NCBI GenBank assembly: GCA_963709585.1
Contig: CAVPXI010000004.1
Coordinates: forward strand, 64,001 to 128,000
Reading direction: 5' to 3'
DNA: 64,000 nucleotides
Source of the DNA: Candidatus Dormiibacterota bacterium
Lineage (GTDB): Bacteria > Chloroflexota > Dormibacteria > Aeolococcales > Aeolococcaceae
A program made the translations under genes and the position numbers. Below are positions 48,069 through 59,400 of this stretch, in pieces. How positions within the stretch are numbered: position 1 is the first letter of the stretch; every line of letters starts with the position of its first letter. The notes below the pieces were generated by a model. That model had not been told where the DNA came from. It did not search any database and was given only the letters and a program-made list of their open reading frames with translations.

Positions 48069-50588
48069 GTGAAAGCAGTGGTCATGGCGGGAGGTGAAGG
48101 GGCGCGACTCCGCCCTCTGACCAGCCGCCTGCCCAAACCGCTCGTGCCCGTGGTCGGCACCCCGGTGCTCGAGCACATCCTTCGCCTGCTCAAGGAGCAC
48201 GGCATCACTCAGGTCGTGGTCACGCTCGCCTACCTGGGTGCGGAGATCCGCAACCGCCTCGGCGACGGCGCCGAGCTGGACATGGAGATCGAGTACGTGG
48301 TCGAGGACCGGCCACTCGGTACGGCGGGCAGCGTGCGCAACGCCGCTCACCTCCTCGATGACACCTTCCTGGTGATCAGCGGCGACGCGCTCACCGACAT
48401 CGACCTCACCGCGGTGATGCGCGCGCACACCGAGCGCGGCTCGCACGCGACCATCGTGCTCCACTCCGTACCGAACCCCCTCGAGTACGGCGTCGTCGTC
48501 ACCGACGACGAGGGAAACATCAAGCGTTTCCTGGAGAAGCCGTCATGGGGTGAGGTCTTCAGTGACCACGCCAACACCGGCATCTACGTGATCGAGCCGA
48601 AGGTGCTGGAGCACATCAAGGAAGGCGCCAATGCCGACTGGTCGCAGGACGTCTTCCCGACCATGCTCCGGCGCCACGAACCACTCCACGGCATCGTCGT
48701 CGACGACTACTGGTGCGACATCGGGTCGATACAGTCGTACATGCAGGCGAACTGGGACGCGCTCGATGGCAAGGTCCGCTGCCACATCACCGGGCGCCGC
48801 GAGGGCAACGTGTGGATGGGCGAGGGCGTGGAGATCGGCATCGGGGTGCAGCTCGACGGCCCGGCGTTCATCGGCGACGAGGTGAAGCTCAAGGCGGGAA
48901 CGCACGTCAACGAGCACGGGGTCATCGACCGGTACAGCGTCATCGACGACAACACCAAGGTCAGCAACAGCGTGGTGTGGCCCCACTCGTACATCGGCGA
49001 GCGCTGCAGGCTGCGCCAGGCGATCGTCTGCCGCAACGTGACCATCAAGAACGATTCCCTGCTCGAGGAGAATTCGGTGATCGCCGACGAGTGCGTGCTT
49101 GGCAGAGGTTCGCAGATACGCGCCGGCGTCAAGATCTGGCCGAGCAAGACGGTCGAACCCGGCTCCACGGTGAACGAGTCGGTGATCTGGGCGGGCGAGT
49201 GGCGGAGCGGCTTGTTCTCGTCGTACGGGCTCGGTGGTTTGATCAACGTGGAGCTCACGCCGGAGTTCTGCGCGCGGCTCGGGGCCGCGTTCGGCGCGAC
49301 CCTCGCCAAGGGAGCGTGCGTCGTCGTCGGCCAGGATCACGCGCGCTCGTCACGGATGATCAAACGCGCGATCGTCAGCGGCATCGTCAGTGCCGGCGCG
49401 AAGGCTCGTGACGTGCGCGAGCTGCCCGTGCCGGTGACCCAGTGGGCTACGCGAGACGCGGAATGCGCGGCGGGCATCCACGTGCTCGTGTCGCCGCTCG
49501 ATCAGCGCAGCGCCGACATCCGGTTCTTCGACTCCGACGGTCTGCAGATCGACAAGCGCGCCGAGCGCAAGCTCGAGAACTTGCTGTTTCGCGAGGACTT
49601 CCGCCGAGCGGGGTTCTACGAGATGGGCGACATCGAGTACGGCGAGCCGATCCCCGGTTACATCGACCATCTCTTCAAGTCCGTGGACGCGGACAGCATC
49701 CGCAACGCCGGATTTCGCGTGCTGATCGACTACGACTACAGCGACGCGTCCGCGGTGCTCCCGACCATCCTGAACGATCTCGGCGTCACCACCATCCCGC
49801 TCAACGCGGGTATGCGTGAGGGTGGACACCATCGCACCGTGCCCGACGAGACAGCCCTGATCAGCAAGACGGTTCGCGCCGACGTCGGTTGCATGATCAA
49901 CCCGACAGGGGAGCGCATCACGATCATCGATGACCAGGGTGTGGTGCTGACCCCGCACGAGTGCCTCGCGCTGCTGGCGTCCTGGTGGGTGCGCTCCAAC
50001 CCGGGGGCGGTGCTCGCTCCGGCGGCGACGCCGATGTGGATCAGCGACCTGGTGCGCAAGGAGGGCGGCAGCTTCAGCGCGACCCCGGGCGACCCGGCGT
50101 CGGTGCTGCGCGCGTCGACGATGTCGGGGACGAGCATCGCATCGGATGGGGAGGGCGGGTTCGCGTGGCCGGGGCATCTCGGTGCCTTCGACGCCATGTA
50201 CACGCTGGTGAAGCTGCTCGAGTTGCGCGCCAAGATCGGGATTCCGTTGAGCGAGGCGCGCTCCGCGCTCCCGCGAGTGGCGTACATCACCGCCACCGAG
50301 TTCTGCCCGTGGGAAGCGAAGGGTCGGGTGATGCGCATCCTGCTCGATCGCCATCGCACCAACTCCGTCGACCTGGTCGACGGCATCAAGGTCTACGTCG
50401 ATGACGGGTTCGTGCTGGTGCGGCCGGATCCCGACGAGCCCGCGTACCACGTGGTCGCGAGTGTCGCCGACCCTGAGCGCGGACGCCAGCTCGTCGACGA
50501 GTATCTCGCACAGGTGCGTGAGGCCGAGGGGACCAACGGCAGCCACGCCGCTCTGGTCGAGGCGTCTGCGGTAGCCGACGCCGAATAG
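48069..50588 (+). CDS. Mannose-1-phosphate guanylyltransferase / phosphomannomutase-like fusion
   Basis: [26 protein letters not shown], hexapeptide repeats, C-terminal PGM/PMM fold. Confidence 0.92.
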   Translation: MKAVVMAGGEGARLRPLTSRLPKPLVPVVGTPVLEHILRLLKEHGITQVVVTLAYLGAEIRNRLGDGAELDMEIEYVVEDRPLGTAGSVRNAAHLLDDTFLVISGDALTDIDLTAVMRAHTERGSHATIVLHSVPNPLEYGVVVTDDEGNIKRFLEKPSWGEVFSDHANTGIYVIEPKVLEHIKEGANADWSQDVFPTMLRRHEPLHGIVVDDYWCDIGSIQSYMQANWDALDGKVRCHITGRREGNVWMGEGVEIGIGVQLDGPAFIGDEVKLKAGTHVNEHGVIDRYSVIDDNTKVSNSVVWPHSYIGERCRLRQAIVCRNVTIKNDSLLEENSVIADECVLGRGSQIRAGVKIWPSKTVEPGSTVNESVIWAGEWRSGLFSSYGLGGLINVELTPEFCARLGAAFGATLAKGACVVVGQDHARSSRMIKRAIVSGIVSAGAKARDVRELPVPVTQWATRDAECAAGIHVLVSPLDQRSADIRFFDSDGLQIDKRAERKLENLLFREDFRRAGFYEMGDIEYGEPIPGYIDHLFKSVDADSIRNAGFRVLIDYDYSDASAVLPTILNDLGVTTIPLNAGMREGGHHRTVPDETALISKTVRADVGCMINPTGERITIIDDQGVVLTPHECLALLASWWVRSNPGAVLAPAATPMWISDLVRKEGGSFSATPGDPASVLRASTMSGTSIASDGEGGFAWPGHLGAFDAMYTLVKLLELRAKIGIPLSEARSALPRVAYITATEFCPWEAKGRVMRILLDRHRTNSVDLVDGIKVYVDDGFVLVRPDPDEPAYHVVASVADPERGRQLVDEYLAQVREAEGTNGSHAALVEASAVADAE

Positions 50589-50610
50589 CGACCCGGGGCG
50601 CCAGACCGTC

Positions 50611-51260
50611 TCAGCGCGGCAGCGCGACCGTCGCCAGGATGAACACGAAGTAGACGGCCGACGCGGCGATGACCAGGATGTGGAACACCTCGTGATAGCC
50701 GAAGACCTTCGGCCACAGTTGCGGGCGTTTCAGGGCGTACACGACCGCGCCGGCGCAGTACAGCGCGCCGCCGATCGCGAGCACGAGCAGCCCACTGGTG
50801 TGGATGCGCTCGCCGAGCGCCGGCAGGAAGAACACGACTGTCCAGCCGACGCCGAGGTACAGCACGACGGTCACCCAGCGCGGCAGGGGAATCCCAGTGG
50901 TCGCGACCACCACGCCGCTTCCCGCCAGGACCCAGATGGCAACCAGCAACACGATGGACGGCCAGCCCCGCAGGACGTTGACGACGACCGGGGTGTAGGT
51001 GCCCGCGATGGCGAGAAAGATGGTCGCGTGGTCGAGTCGGCGCCAGACGCGACGGGTCCGCGGTGACCACGGTCCGCGGTGATAGCTGGCGCTGACCGAG
51101 AAGAGCAGGATGAGACAGACCCCGTAGACACCCAGGGAGATCTGGCGCGCCAGGTTGCCGCCGCTGACCACGACGAGCGTGATCGCACCGGCGATGGCGG
51201 GTGGCACGGTGACGAGGTGACTCCACCCGCGCAGCGTTGGGCGGGGGGGCGCGGCGATCA
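50611..51260 (-). CDS. Hemolysin III / PAQR membrane protein (start codon unclear)
   Basis: RPTLRGWSH upstream of the called start, SASYH, RRLDHATIFLAIAGTYTP, FGYHEVFH. Confidence 0.88.
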
Positions 51261-51268
51261 GCGTTGTC

Positions 51269-53497
51269 TCAGGCAGCGGGGGCGATCTCCCGAGGTTCGG
51301 GCTCGCGGCGGCGAAGCCAGGTGGGCGCCCACCAGTTTGCAGTCCCGAGCAGGCGCATCACCGCGGGCACGACGAGTGCGCGAACCAGCGTGGCGTCGAC
51401 GATCACCGCGACTGCCATCCCGACGCCGATCGACTTGATGGTGACCACGCTGGCGAGCGCGAACGCGAGGAACACGCACGCCATGATCGCCGCGGCTCCG
51501 GTGACGAGGCGGCCGCTGCGCTCGAGGCCGTCGGCGACCGCGGTTCGGTTGTCGCTGGTGCGAACCCAGGCCTCCTGCATGCGGGTGAGCAGGAACACCT
51601 CGTAGTCCATCGACAGCCCGAAGACGACGCAGAACAGCAGCACGGGGATGGTCGGATCGAGCGGGCCGGCGGTGAACCCGAGAATGGAGGAGAGGTGTCC
51701 CTGGTCGAAGATCCACACCAGCGCCCCGAAGGCGGCGCTCAAAGACAGCGCGTTCATCAGCACCGCCTTGAACGGCAGGACGAGCGAACGGAGCAGCACG
51801 GTGAGCACGATCAGGGTGGTGATCAGCACGAACCCGATCGCGAGTGGCGTGTGGTCGATCATGTAATTGACGAGGTCGATGTCGAAGGCTGTGTCGCCGG
51901 TGACCTGAACCGCTGCACCCGGCACCGAGTCGATGGAGCGGATGTCGCGTACGAGGTTGTGCGCCTGGTCGCTGGTGACGAAATACGGATTGGCCACGTC
52001 GAGGACCGCGATGCTCGAGCCGGTCAGGGTGGTGAGCAGGGCCTGCGCTGTGGCGGGCAGCGAGGGCCTGGGCTGTGCGTATAGGGTCTGGTACGACGCC
52101 AGGGTCAAGGTGGGATCGACGGTCACGTAGCTGCGCACCCCTGTGACCCCGTTCAGTGCGGCAAGCCGTCGCGCGAGCTGGTACGCCACCGCGACGTTGG
52201 CAGGACTGGTCGGTGCGCCGTTCTGGAAGTTGACGACCACGGCGATCGTGTTCTGGCCGACGCGCGGAAACTGCGCCTGGAGTAGGTCAGCACCTCTGCG
52301 CGCTTCAGCCGAAGGCGGCAGCTGGTTGACATCGCTGTTGGCAAGTTGGAGGTCGAGAAACGGCGATCCTGCGACGAGAAGGATCGCCACCGTCGGGATC
52401 AGTACCATCCACGGCCGGCGCATGACCCAGATTGCGAGGCGGTGCCACGCGCCCTGGCCGAATGGCTTGGGCTGCAGGATGGGAACGCGGATGCTGTTGA
52501 TGCGCGGTCCAAGAACTGCCAGCATCGCGGGCAGCAGTGTGACCGCGTACAGCACCGATATGGCCACGACGATCGCGCCGGCGATACCCATCGAGACGAG
52601 TGCCGTACCGGTGTAGAAGAGCAGACCGGAGAGCCCGATTGCGACGGTGAGGCCGCTGAACATGATCGCTCGACCGGCGGTGGCCATCGTGGTGGCGAGC
52701 GCGTCTTCAACGCTCCGGCCGGACGCCAGCTCCTCGCGGAACCGCGTCACGATGAACAGCGAGTAGTCGATGGCGATCCCGAGACCTACCAGGGTGACAA
52801 CGTTGACCGCATACGTCGAGATGTCGATGGCGTGAGCGAGCGCCAGCGCCGCTCCCACGCCGCCGAGCACAGCGAAGACGCCGACGCCCAGGCAGAGAAG
52901 TGCGGCCACACCGGTGGCGAACACGATGACGAGCAGGATGAGCGCAAGCGGCAGTGACACAACCTCGGAGCGGCGCAGATCGCTCGCGAGATACGTGTCG
53001 AAATCTGAAGCCAGCGGCACGTCGCCGGTCGCGGTGATGGCAAGCGACGGCGACATCACCTTGCCCCGAATCGCGTCGTATTGCGACCGAGCCTGCGAGA
53101 AGTCGATCTTCAATCCCACCTGCACGAGCACGCTGTGGCTGTCTGTGGAGACCATCAGCGGGACCGCCGCAGGGGCGGCTGTGAAGGGTGTGGCCAGCGC
53201 GCTCACGCGCGAGTCGCCGCGCAGCTTCGCGAGGGCTGCATTGACCGCCGTCTCGAACGCGGGCTGACCAAAGGTCAACCGTGAGCTGGTGAGGATCAGC
53301 GTGAACGACGAGCCTGTCGCCGACGGGAGTTGCGCACTCTCGAGGTTGGCGGCACGCACCGACTCGACGTCGTAGTTGCTCGCATTGATCGGCTGCCCTC
53401 CGGTGAGCAGTCCGGCGATCGAGAGTACGAAACACGCGATCGACAGGGCGAGCACTGCGATGCGACGGCGGTAGACAAAGTGCCCCCAGCGCCTCAC
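51269..53497 (-). CDS. MMPL family transporter
   Basis: GLGIAIDYSLF, FGLSMDYEVFL, DATLVR, NWWAP; AAGGAG SD. Confidence 0.93.
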   Translation of the reverse strand: MRRWGHFVYRRRIAVLALSIACFVLSIAGLLTGGQPINASNYDVESVRAANLESAQLPSATGSSFTLILTSSRLTFGQPAFETAVNAALAKLRGDSRVSALATPFTAAPAAVPLMVSTDSHSVLVQVGLKIDFSQARSQYDAIRGKVMSPSLAITATGDVPLASDFDTYLASDLRRSEVVSLPLALILLVIVFATGVAALLCLGVGVFAVLGGVGAALALAHAIDISTYAVNVVTLVGLGIAIDYSLFIVTRFREELASGRSVEDALATTMATAGRAIMFSGLTVAIGLSGLLFYTGTALVSMGIAGAIVVAISVLYAVTLLPAMLAVLGPRINSIRVPILQPKPFGQGAWHRLAIWVMRRPWMVLIPTVAILLVAGSPFLDLQLANSDVNQLPPSAEARRGADLLQAQFPRVGQNTIAVVVNFQNGAPTSPANVAVAYQLARRLAALNGVTGVRSYVTVDPTLTLASYQTLYAQPRPSLPATAQALLTTLTGSSIAVLDVANPYFVTSDQAHNLVRDIRSIDSVPGAAVQVTGDTAFDIDLVNYMIDHTPLAIGFVLITTLIVLTVLLRSLVLPFKAVLMNALSLSAAFGALVWIFDQGHLSSILGFTAGPLDPTIPVLLFCVVFGLSMDYEVFLLTRMQEAWVRTSDNRTAVADGLERSGRLVTGAAAIMACVFLAFALASVVTIKSIGVGMAVAVIVDATLVRALVVPAVMRLLGTANWWAPTWLRRREPEPREIAPAA

Positions 53498-53574
53498 CGT
53501 GACACTCCTTCGATCACCGCGATCGAGTATATCGACCCGAGGTTTCACCACCGCGTAGACTCCCGAGGACCGCG

Positions 53575-54693
53575 ATGGCAACGCATGTCCCACCTCTGGT
53601 CGGGGAGATCAACTCGATCTCGCATTTCGCGAACGTCGCACGCGAGCGCCAGCCGGGGCGTCAGCTCGACCTGATCCGGCAGGCAGCGCCCGGCTTTCGA
53701 GAGTGGTTCCGAGCCACGGGGATGCCCGACTGGATCGGCACCTTCGATCTCGTATCGCTGCCCTACCCGACTCGATTCGGGCTCTTTCGCGCAGCGATGA
53801 GCCCGGCGCCGTATCTCTCCCTGACGCACCAACTCGTGGTGGTGCGCTGGCGCGAGCCGGACGGGAAGCCGAGAGTGCTGCTCTTCGAACCCACCGACGT
53901 GGACCTCGCCCGGCGCACGCCGTACTTCGCGCGCCTGCGCGAATCGACGCCCGCGGCATTCGAGCGCGCCTTCGCGCGTCCACTCGGTGACGTCGTCACT
54001 CATCTGCGCAGCGTCGGCATCGAGACCGGTGACGTCGACTGGATCACGTTCGATCACCTGCACACGCAGGACGTGCGCCGTTGGGTCGGCACCACCGAAC
54101 CCGCGCGCGATCTCTCCCCGATGTCCGCGATTCCGGCGGCGCTGCCGCGCGCGCGGTTGATCGTGCAGCGCGCCGAGCTCGAATCGCTCGAGGCGCTGCA
54201 TCCGTTGCAGGTGCCGTGGTATCAGGCGTCCACCTTCGCCGCGCTGCGACAGGAGGCGCTGTTCCCGATCGACGGGGATGTGTTGATCGGACCGGGCGTC
54301 GCACTGGTCTCGACGCCTGGACACACGATCGGCAATCACACGCTCGTGGTGAACACCGAGACCGGCATCTGGGCAAGCAGCGAGAACGTGATCGCCGCCG
54401 AGTGCCTGACTCCGGAGCACAGCCGGATCCCGGGCGTGCGCCGCTTCACGCGCACCTGGGACCAGGAGATCGTCCTCAACGCGAACACGCTCGAGGACAC
54501 TGCACGGCAGTACAACTCGTGCGTGCTCGAGAAATCGATCGTCGATGTCGCGCGCGCCAACTCGCGCTTTCTGCAGTTCATGCCCTCCTCCGAGCTCACC
54601 GGCACCGTGCTCAGCCCGGGAACGTCGCCGACGTTCACGCACTCGGGGATCTTTCACGGCACCCTGACGCCGACCGGTGCGGTCCGATCCTGA
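53575..54693 (+). CDS. Metallo-beta-lactamase-fold hypothetical protein
   Basis: ITFDHLHTQD and TPGHTIGNH motifs. Confidence 0.65.
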   Translation: MATHVPPLVGEINSISHFANVARERQPGRQLDLIRQAAPGFREWFRATGMPDWIGTFDLVSLPYPTRFGLFRAAMSPAPYLSLTHQLVVVRWREPDGKPRVLLFEPTDVDLARRTPYFARLRESTPAAFERAFARPLGDVVTHLRSVGIETGDVDWITFDHLHTQDVRRWVGTTEPARDLSPMSAIPAALPRARLIVQRAELESLEALHPLQVPWYQASTFAALRQEALFPIDGDVLIGPGVALVSTPGHTIGNHTLVVNTETGIWASSENVIAAECLTPEHSRIPGVRRFTRTWDQEIVLNANTLEDTARQYNSCVLEKSIVDVARANSRFLQFMPSSELTGTVLSPGTSPTFTHSGIFHGTLTPTGAVRS

Positions 54694-54724
54694 CTCCCCG
54701 ACCGATAGGATGGGAGGCGTGACC

Positions 54725-55580
54725 ATGACGCTCGCGCGCCGTGCGTGGACTCTCTTCGAGCCGATCCATGCCATCGTCTACTTCGCGCCGGAGGCGAGCG
54801 AGCACTACAAGGCGGCGGGGCTGCGCGGCGGATGGATGGGGTACTTCGCCTCGCGTTCGGCGCCGATGGGAGCGGTGACACCGGGCGTGGTTACGGCCGT
54901 GTTCCACGGTTTCCAGCCGGCGATGGTTGCGAGGGCGATTCCCGATGCGTGGCAGTATTCCAGCCCGGCGTTGGCGCTGACGGCGCGAACCGCGATCGCC
55001 AACTCCGCGTTGCGCCGTCTGTGGGGCGATGACGTCGCGTCCGCCGAGGTCGCGGAGGCTGCGACCGCGGCGATGGCCGTGGCGCACGGCCTGGGCGGTG
55101 GCGGGCGCCCGCTGTATACGGCGACGGCGGCGCTCGAAGAGCCGGATGCGCCGCATCTCAGGCTCTGGCACGCGTGCACCCTCCTTCGTGAGCACCGGTT
55201 CGACGGCCACGTCGCCGCGCTCACAGTGCATGGCCTCGACGGGCTGGAGTCGCTCGTCACCGCGATTGCCGCCGGCTCCGGGGTCGACGCCCCCACGATT
55301 CGCCGTTTTCGCGGCTGGACCGAGGAGGAATGGGATCAGGGAGTGGAACGCCTTCGCGATCGCCGGATACTCGACACAGCGGGGGGGCTCACCACCGAGG
55401 GACGCTGGCTACGGACAGATGTGGAGGAGATGACCGACCACCTCGCCGGTGACGTCTGGGCGGCGATGGACGAGCCGTCACGCGAGCACCTCTTCGTCAG
55501 CCTGCGCCGGCTCGCCGTGCTCCTCGAGCACCCCGATGGCATCCGCTACCCGAATCCGATCGGGGTGGCGGCCCGCCTGA
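54725..55580 (+). CDS. SCO6745-like protein (stop probably frameshifted)
   Basis: EPIHAIVYFAPE, GYFASRSAPMG, LLREHRFDGH, PNPIG; called ORF runs into hemH, out-of-frame TGA at 55578. Confidence 0.75.
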
Positions 55581-55588
55581 GAGCGCGG

Positions 55589-56533
55589 TCAGGAGACCGG
55601 TGCCGACACGGCTCGTTCGCGTTCGCGGTCGACGACGGCGGCAAGGGCGCGGATGAAGGTTGGCTGCGTGTTCGGCAGTGCGATCCGGTGCATGGCGATA
55701 CCGGCGGCGGTTGCCTCCTCTCCGGCGGCGATGTCGATGTCGTAAAGGATCTCGAGGTGATCGGCGAGGAACTGGAGGGGTACGATGAGGATCTCGGTGA
55801 TCCCGCGGGTATGAAACCCGGGAAAGAGATCCTTCACGTCCGGCGTCAGCCATTCCTCCGGCGTGTGCCCGGCGCTTTGATACGCGAAGCTCCAACGATC
55901 GTGGTCTAGATCGAGCCGGGTCGCGATCGCGGTGGCGGTGTCGCGCAGCTGGGTGATGTAGCCGGGATCGCGTTCGACGACCGGGCGGGGGAGGCTGTGA
56001 GCGGTGAAGATGATTGGAATGCGGTCACGGACCTGCGCACCGAGACCCGCCAGGGCGTCCTCGACGCGCTCCGCGAGTGCGGCGATCCACTCGGGCATCA
56101 GGTGCCACGCACCCGCGATGTGCACGTCGACCTCAGGGTGCCCGGCTCGCCACGCGGCGACGGTTCGCTCGTATCCGGCGAGGATCATCGGCGAATACTG
56201 AGGCGCGAGCGCCACCACGACGATCCGGCGCGTGCCGCCGGCCACGAGCGTGTCGAGCGCGTCTGTCAGTGACGGGTCCGAGTGGAGCATCCCGGCGACG
56301 ACCCGGGTGTCGTCGTCACTCTGGGAGTCGAGCAACATCTGGAGCGCGGCACACTGCGCCTCGGTGATGTCGATGAGCGGGGATCGACCGATCAGGTCGT
56401 AGCGGCGCTGGAACTCCGCGATCAGATCCGCGGGTACCTCACGCCCGCCGCGCACCGAGGCGAGGTACGCGGGAACGTCATCGGCGGTCACCGCCGATCC
56501 GAAGGTGGCGAGGACGACGCCCAGCTGAGCCAT
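55589..56533 (-). CDS. hemH: Ferrochelatase (coproporphyrin type likely)
   Basis: LAPQYS, FTAHSLP, AYQSAG, WLTPD, FLADHLEILYDID. Confidence 0.95.
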   Translation of the reverse strand: MAQLGVVLATFGSAVTADDVPAYLASVRGGREVPADLIAEFQRRYDLIGRSPLIDITEAQCAALQMLLDSQSDDDTRVVAGMLHSDPSLTDALDTLVAGGTRRIVVVALAPQYSPMILAGYERTVAAWRAGHPEVDVHIAGAWHLMPEWIAALAERVEDALAGLGAQVRDRIPIIFTAHSLPRPVVERDPGYITQLRDTATAIATRLDLDHDRWSFAYQSAGHTPEEWLTPDVKDLFPGFHTRGITEILIVPLQFLADHLEILYDIDIAAGEEATAAGIAMHRIALPNTQPTFIRALAAVVDRERERAVSAPVS

Positions 56534-56569
56534 GTCGCAAGGGTAGAGGCTGGCCGCCCGGGCTCGCGG

Positions 56570-57627
56570 TCAGCTCTGGGCGGTGTCCTCGTGGACGAGC
56601 TCCGCGAGACGGCGGAGATGGTCGCTCGACGTCTCGGGGAGCACGCCGTGGCCGAGGTTGAAGATGTGCCCGGCCGGCCCCCGGCGAGCTCGAGGATCTT
56701 GCGCGCCTCGCGGGCGACGACCTCGAACGGCGCGAGCAACGCCCCTGGATCGAGGTTGCCCTGGATGCCGCGGTCGCCGATCCGGCGCCAGGCCTCGTCG
56801 AGAGGCAGACGCCAGTCGACGCTGATGACATCCGATCCGCAGCGTGCCATCGCCTCGAGCAGGTGCGCGGTCGTTGTCCCGAAATGGATCGTCGGGACGC
56901 CGGTCTCCGCCACCGCATGGAGAATGCTCCGGCTGTACGGGAGCACCATCTCCTCGTACGCTGACACCGACAGCGCGCCGGCCCACGAGTCGAACAGCTG
57001 GACGATCTGGGCACCCGCCTCGACCTGGGCCAGCAGGTAGCCGATCGTCACCTCGGTCAGCGTGGCCATGAGGCGATGCCAGAGCTCCGGCTCCCCGTGC
57101 AGCATCGCCTTGGTGGAGGCGAAGTCCTTGGTGGGCTTGCCTTCGATCATGTAGGAGGCGACGGTGAACGGCCCGCCCGCGAACCCGACCACCGCCGTCC
57201 TGCCGTCGAGCTCGTGGCGCACGAGTTTGATTGCCTCGAACAGCTCGGGGGTCGCCTCGCGCGGGTCGACGACCCGCAGCGACGCGATGTCGGCGTCGGA
57301 GCGCACCGGCGCGTGAACCAGCGGCCCAATCCCGGGGTCGATCGAGAAGGGGACCCCCATCCCGATGAGGGGCAGCATGATGTCGGCGTACATCACCGCG
57401 GCGTCGACGCCGAATTCCTCGACCGGCATCAGCGTCACCCGGGCGCAGAGCTCGGGCGTTCTTGTGATCGTGAGGATGTCGTACGTCTCGCGAAGCGCCC
57501 GGTAGCCCGCGAGACAGCGTCCTGCCTGGCGCATGAACCAGATCGGGGTCCGGTCGGCCGGCTGCCGGCGAGCGGTGGCGAGCATGCGTTCCGCGCCGGT
57601 CATCGAGCCTGTCTGGGTGACTGCCAT
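56570..57627 (-). CDS. hemE: Uroporphyrinogen decarboxylase (frameshift near 56670)
   Basis: PIWFMRQAGR, GFAGGPFT, QLFDSWAG, QGNLDP; HIFNLGHGVLP in another frame. Confidence 0.93.
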
Positions 57628-57764
57628 GGGCATCGAGGGTAGCGAAGCAACAAGCCGGCACGGATGCTGCACAGCGTGCGGGATGCCAAGTACGATCTCG
57701 ACGACCTGGCTGCCCGTGGGTGGCGCCTGGTCAGCGCCAGAACGTGCAGAGGAGAGTGGTACCG

Positions 57765-59384
57765 ATGAACTCGACCATGCAGGACGCGCAGCTGAGCATC
57801 ACAGAGCTCTTTCGCCATGGTGCGGAAGTGTTTCCGGACAGCGAGATCATCACGTTCGAGGGCGAGCGGGCACGGCACACCAGCTACGCCAAGGTGGCGG
57901 AGCGGGTCAACCGCCTGGCCGGGGCGCTGCGCACGCTCGGGATCGTCCCCGGCGATCGCGTCGGCACGCTCTGCTGGAACCACCAGCAGCACATCGAGGC
58001 GTACTTCGCCATCCCCTGCATGGGGGCGGTGCTGCACACGCTCAACCTGCGGCTGCCACCGCCGCAGCTGGCGCAGATCATCAACCACGCCGAGGATCGC
58101 GTGATCATCGTCGACAACTCGCTTGCGCCGCTGCTCGCGGCGGTGATCGACCAATGCCCGAGCGTCGAAAAGGTGATCGTGGTGGGCTCGGAAGGGGTGT
58201 CGGGTCTTGGCGAGGCGCTTGCCTACGAAACATTGCTGGCCGCGGAGTCGCCGACCTTCGCTTGGCCCGACATCGACGAACGCAGCGCAGCGTCCATGTG
58301 CTACACGACAGGAACCACGGGCGATCCCAAGGGTGTTGCGTACAGCCACCGCTCCGTCTACCTGCACTCGTTCGCGGTGTGGGCAACGTTCCGCCTCGAC
58401 GACAAGGGCCGCCTGCTGATCATCGTCCCCATGTTCCACGTCAACGCGTGGGGGACGCCGTATGCGGGCTGGTTGGTGGGCAGTGACCTCCTGCTCCCCG
58501 GGCGGTTCCTGCAGCCTCAGGGACTCTGTGACTTCATCCAGCAGGAACGGCCGACGTTCACCGGTGGCGTGCCGACCATCCTCACCGCGTTGCTCAACCA
58601 CGTGCAGGCAAACGGTGGCGATGTGTCCAGCATCAAGACCGCGGTCTGCGGTGGGTCCGCCGTCCCCGCGACGTTGATCGCAGCATATCGAGATGTGCTC
58701 GGCATCGAGCTGTGGCAGGCGTGGGGAATGACCGAGACGAGCCCGATCGCCACGATCGCCTTCCCGCCCAAGGGCACCGCAGCGGAGGACGAGATGATCT
58801 ACCGGTCCAAAACCGGTCGGGTCGTCCCGGGCGTGGAGCTGCGCCTCGTCGATGACAGCGGCGCCGAGATTCCGCGCGACGGCGAGGCAGTGGGCGAGAT
58901 CGAGGTGCGCGGTCCGTGGATCACCGCGTCCTACTACCACGCAGAGGCGCCCGAGAAATTCCACGACGGATGGCTGCGCACCGGCGACGTCGGCAACATC
59001 GATGGGCGCAATTACGTGCAGATCACCGACCGTTCCAAGGATGTGATCAAGTCGGGCGGCGAATGGATCTCATCGGTCGAGCTCGAAACGCTGCTCGTCG
59101 GTCATCCTGCGGTTGCGGAGGCAGCCGTCGTCGGCGTCCATGACGACCGTTGGGCGGAGCGGCCGCTGGCCCTTGTCGTGCTGAAACCGGGAGCATCGGC
59201 GACACCAGAGGAGCTGCGCGAATTTCTCGCACCGAAGGTGGCGCGCTGGTGGCTGCCCGAGCGCTGGACCTTCGTCGACGAGCTGCCGAAAACGAGCGTG
59301 GGCAAGCTCGACAAGAAGCTGATTCGTTCTGAATACGGACACGCGAAATACTCGGTGGTCGAGCTCGAGGCAACCAAGCGGTAG
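57765..59384 (+). CDS. Fatty-acid--CoA ligase (AMP-binding)
   Basis: YTTGTTGDPKG, WGMTETSP, GWLRTGD, KDVIKSGGEWISS, PKTSVGK. Confidence 0.94.
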   Translation: MNSTMQDAQLSITELFRHGAEVFPDSEIITFEGERARHTSYAKVAERVNRLAGALRTLGIVPGDRVGTLCWNHQQHIEAYFAIPCMGAVLHTLNLRLPPPQLAQIINHAEDRVIIVDNSLAPLLAAVIDQCPSVEKVIVVGSEGVSGLGEALAYETLLAAESPTFAWPDIDERSAASMCYTTGTTGDPKGVAYSHRSVYLHSFAVWATFRLDDKGRLLIIVPMFHVNAWGTPYAGWLVGSDLLLPGRFLQPQGLCDFIQQERPTFTGGVPTILTALLNHVQANGGDVSSIKTAVCGGSAVPATLIAAYRDVLGIELWQAWGMTETSPIATIAFPPKGTAAEDEMIYRSKTGRVVPGVELRLVDDSGAEIPRDGEAVGEIEVRGPWITASYYHAEAPEKFHDGWLRTGDVGNIDGRNYVQITDRSKDVIKSGGEWISSVELETLLVGHPAVAEAAVVGVHDDRWAERPLALVVLKPGASATPEELREFLAPKVARWWLPERWTFVDELPKTSVGKLDKKLIRSEYGHAKYSVVELEATKR

Positions 59385-59400
59385 CGCGCGCCCCCGGGTT

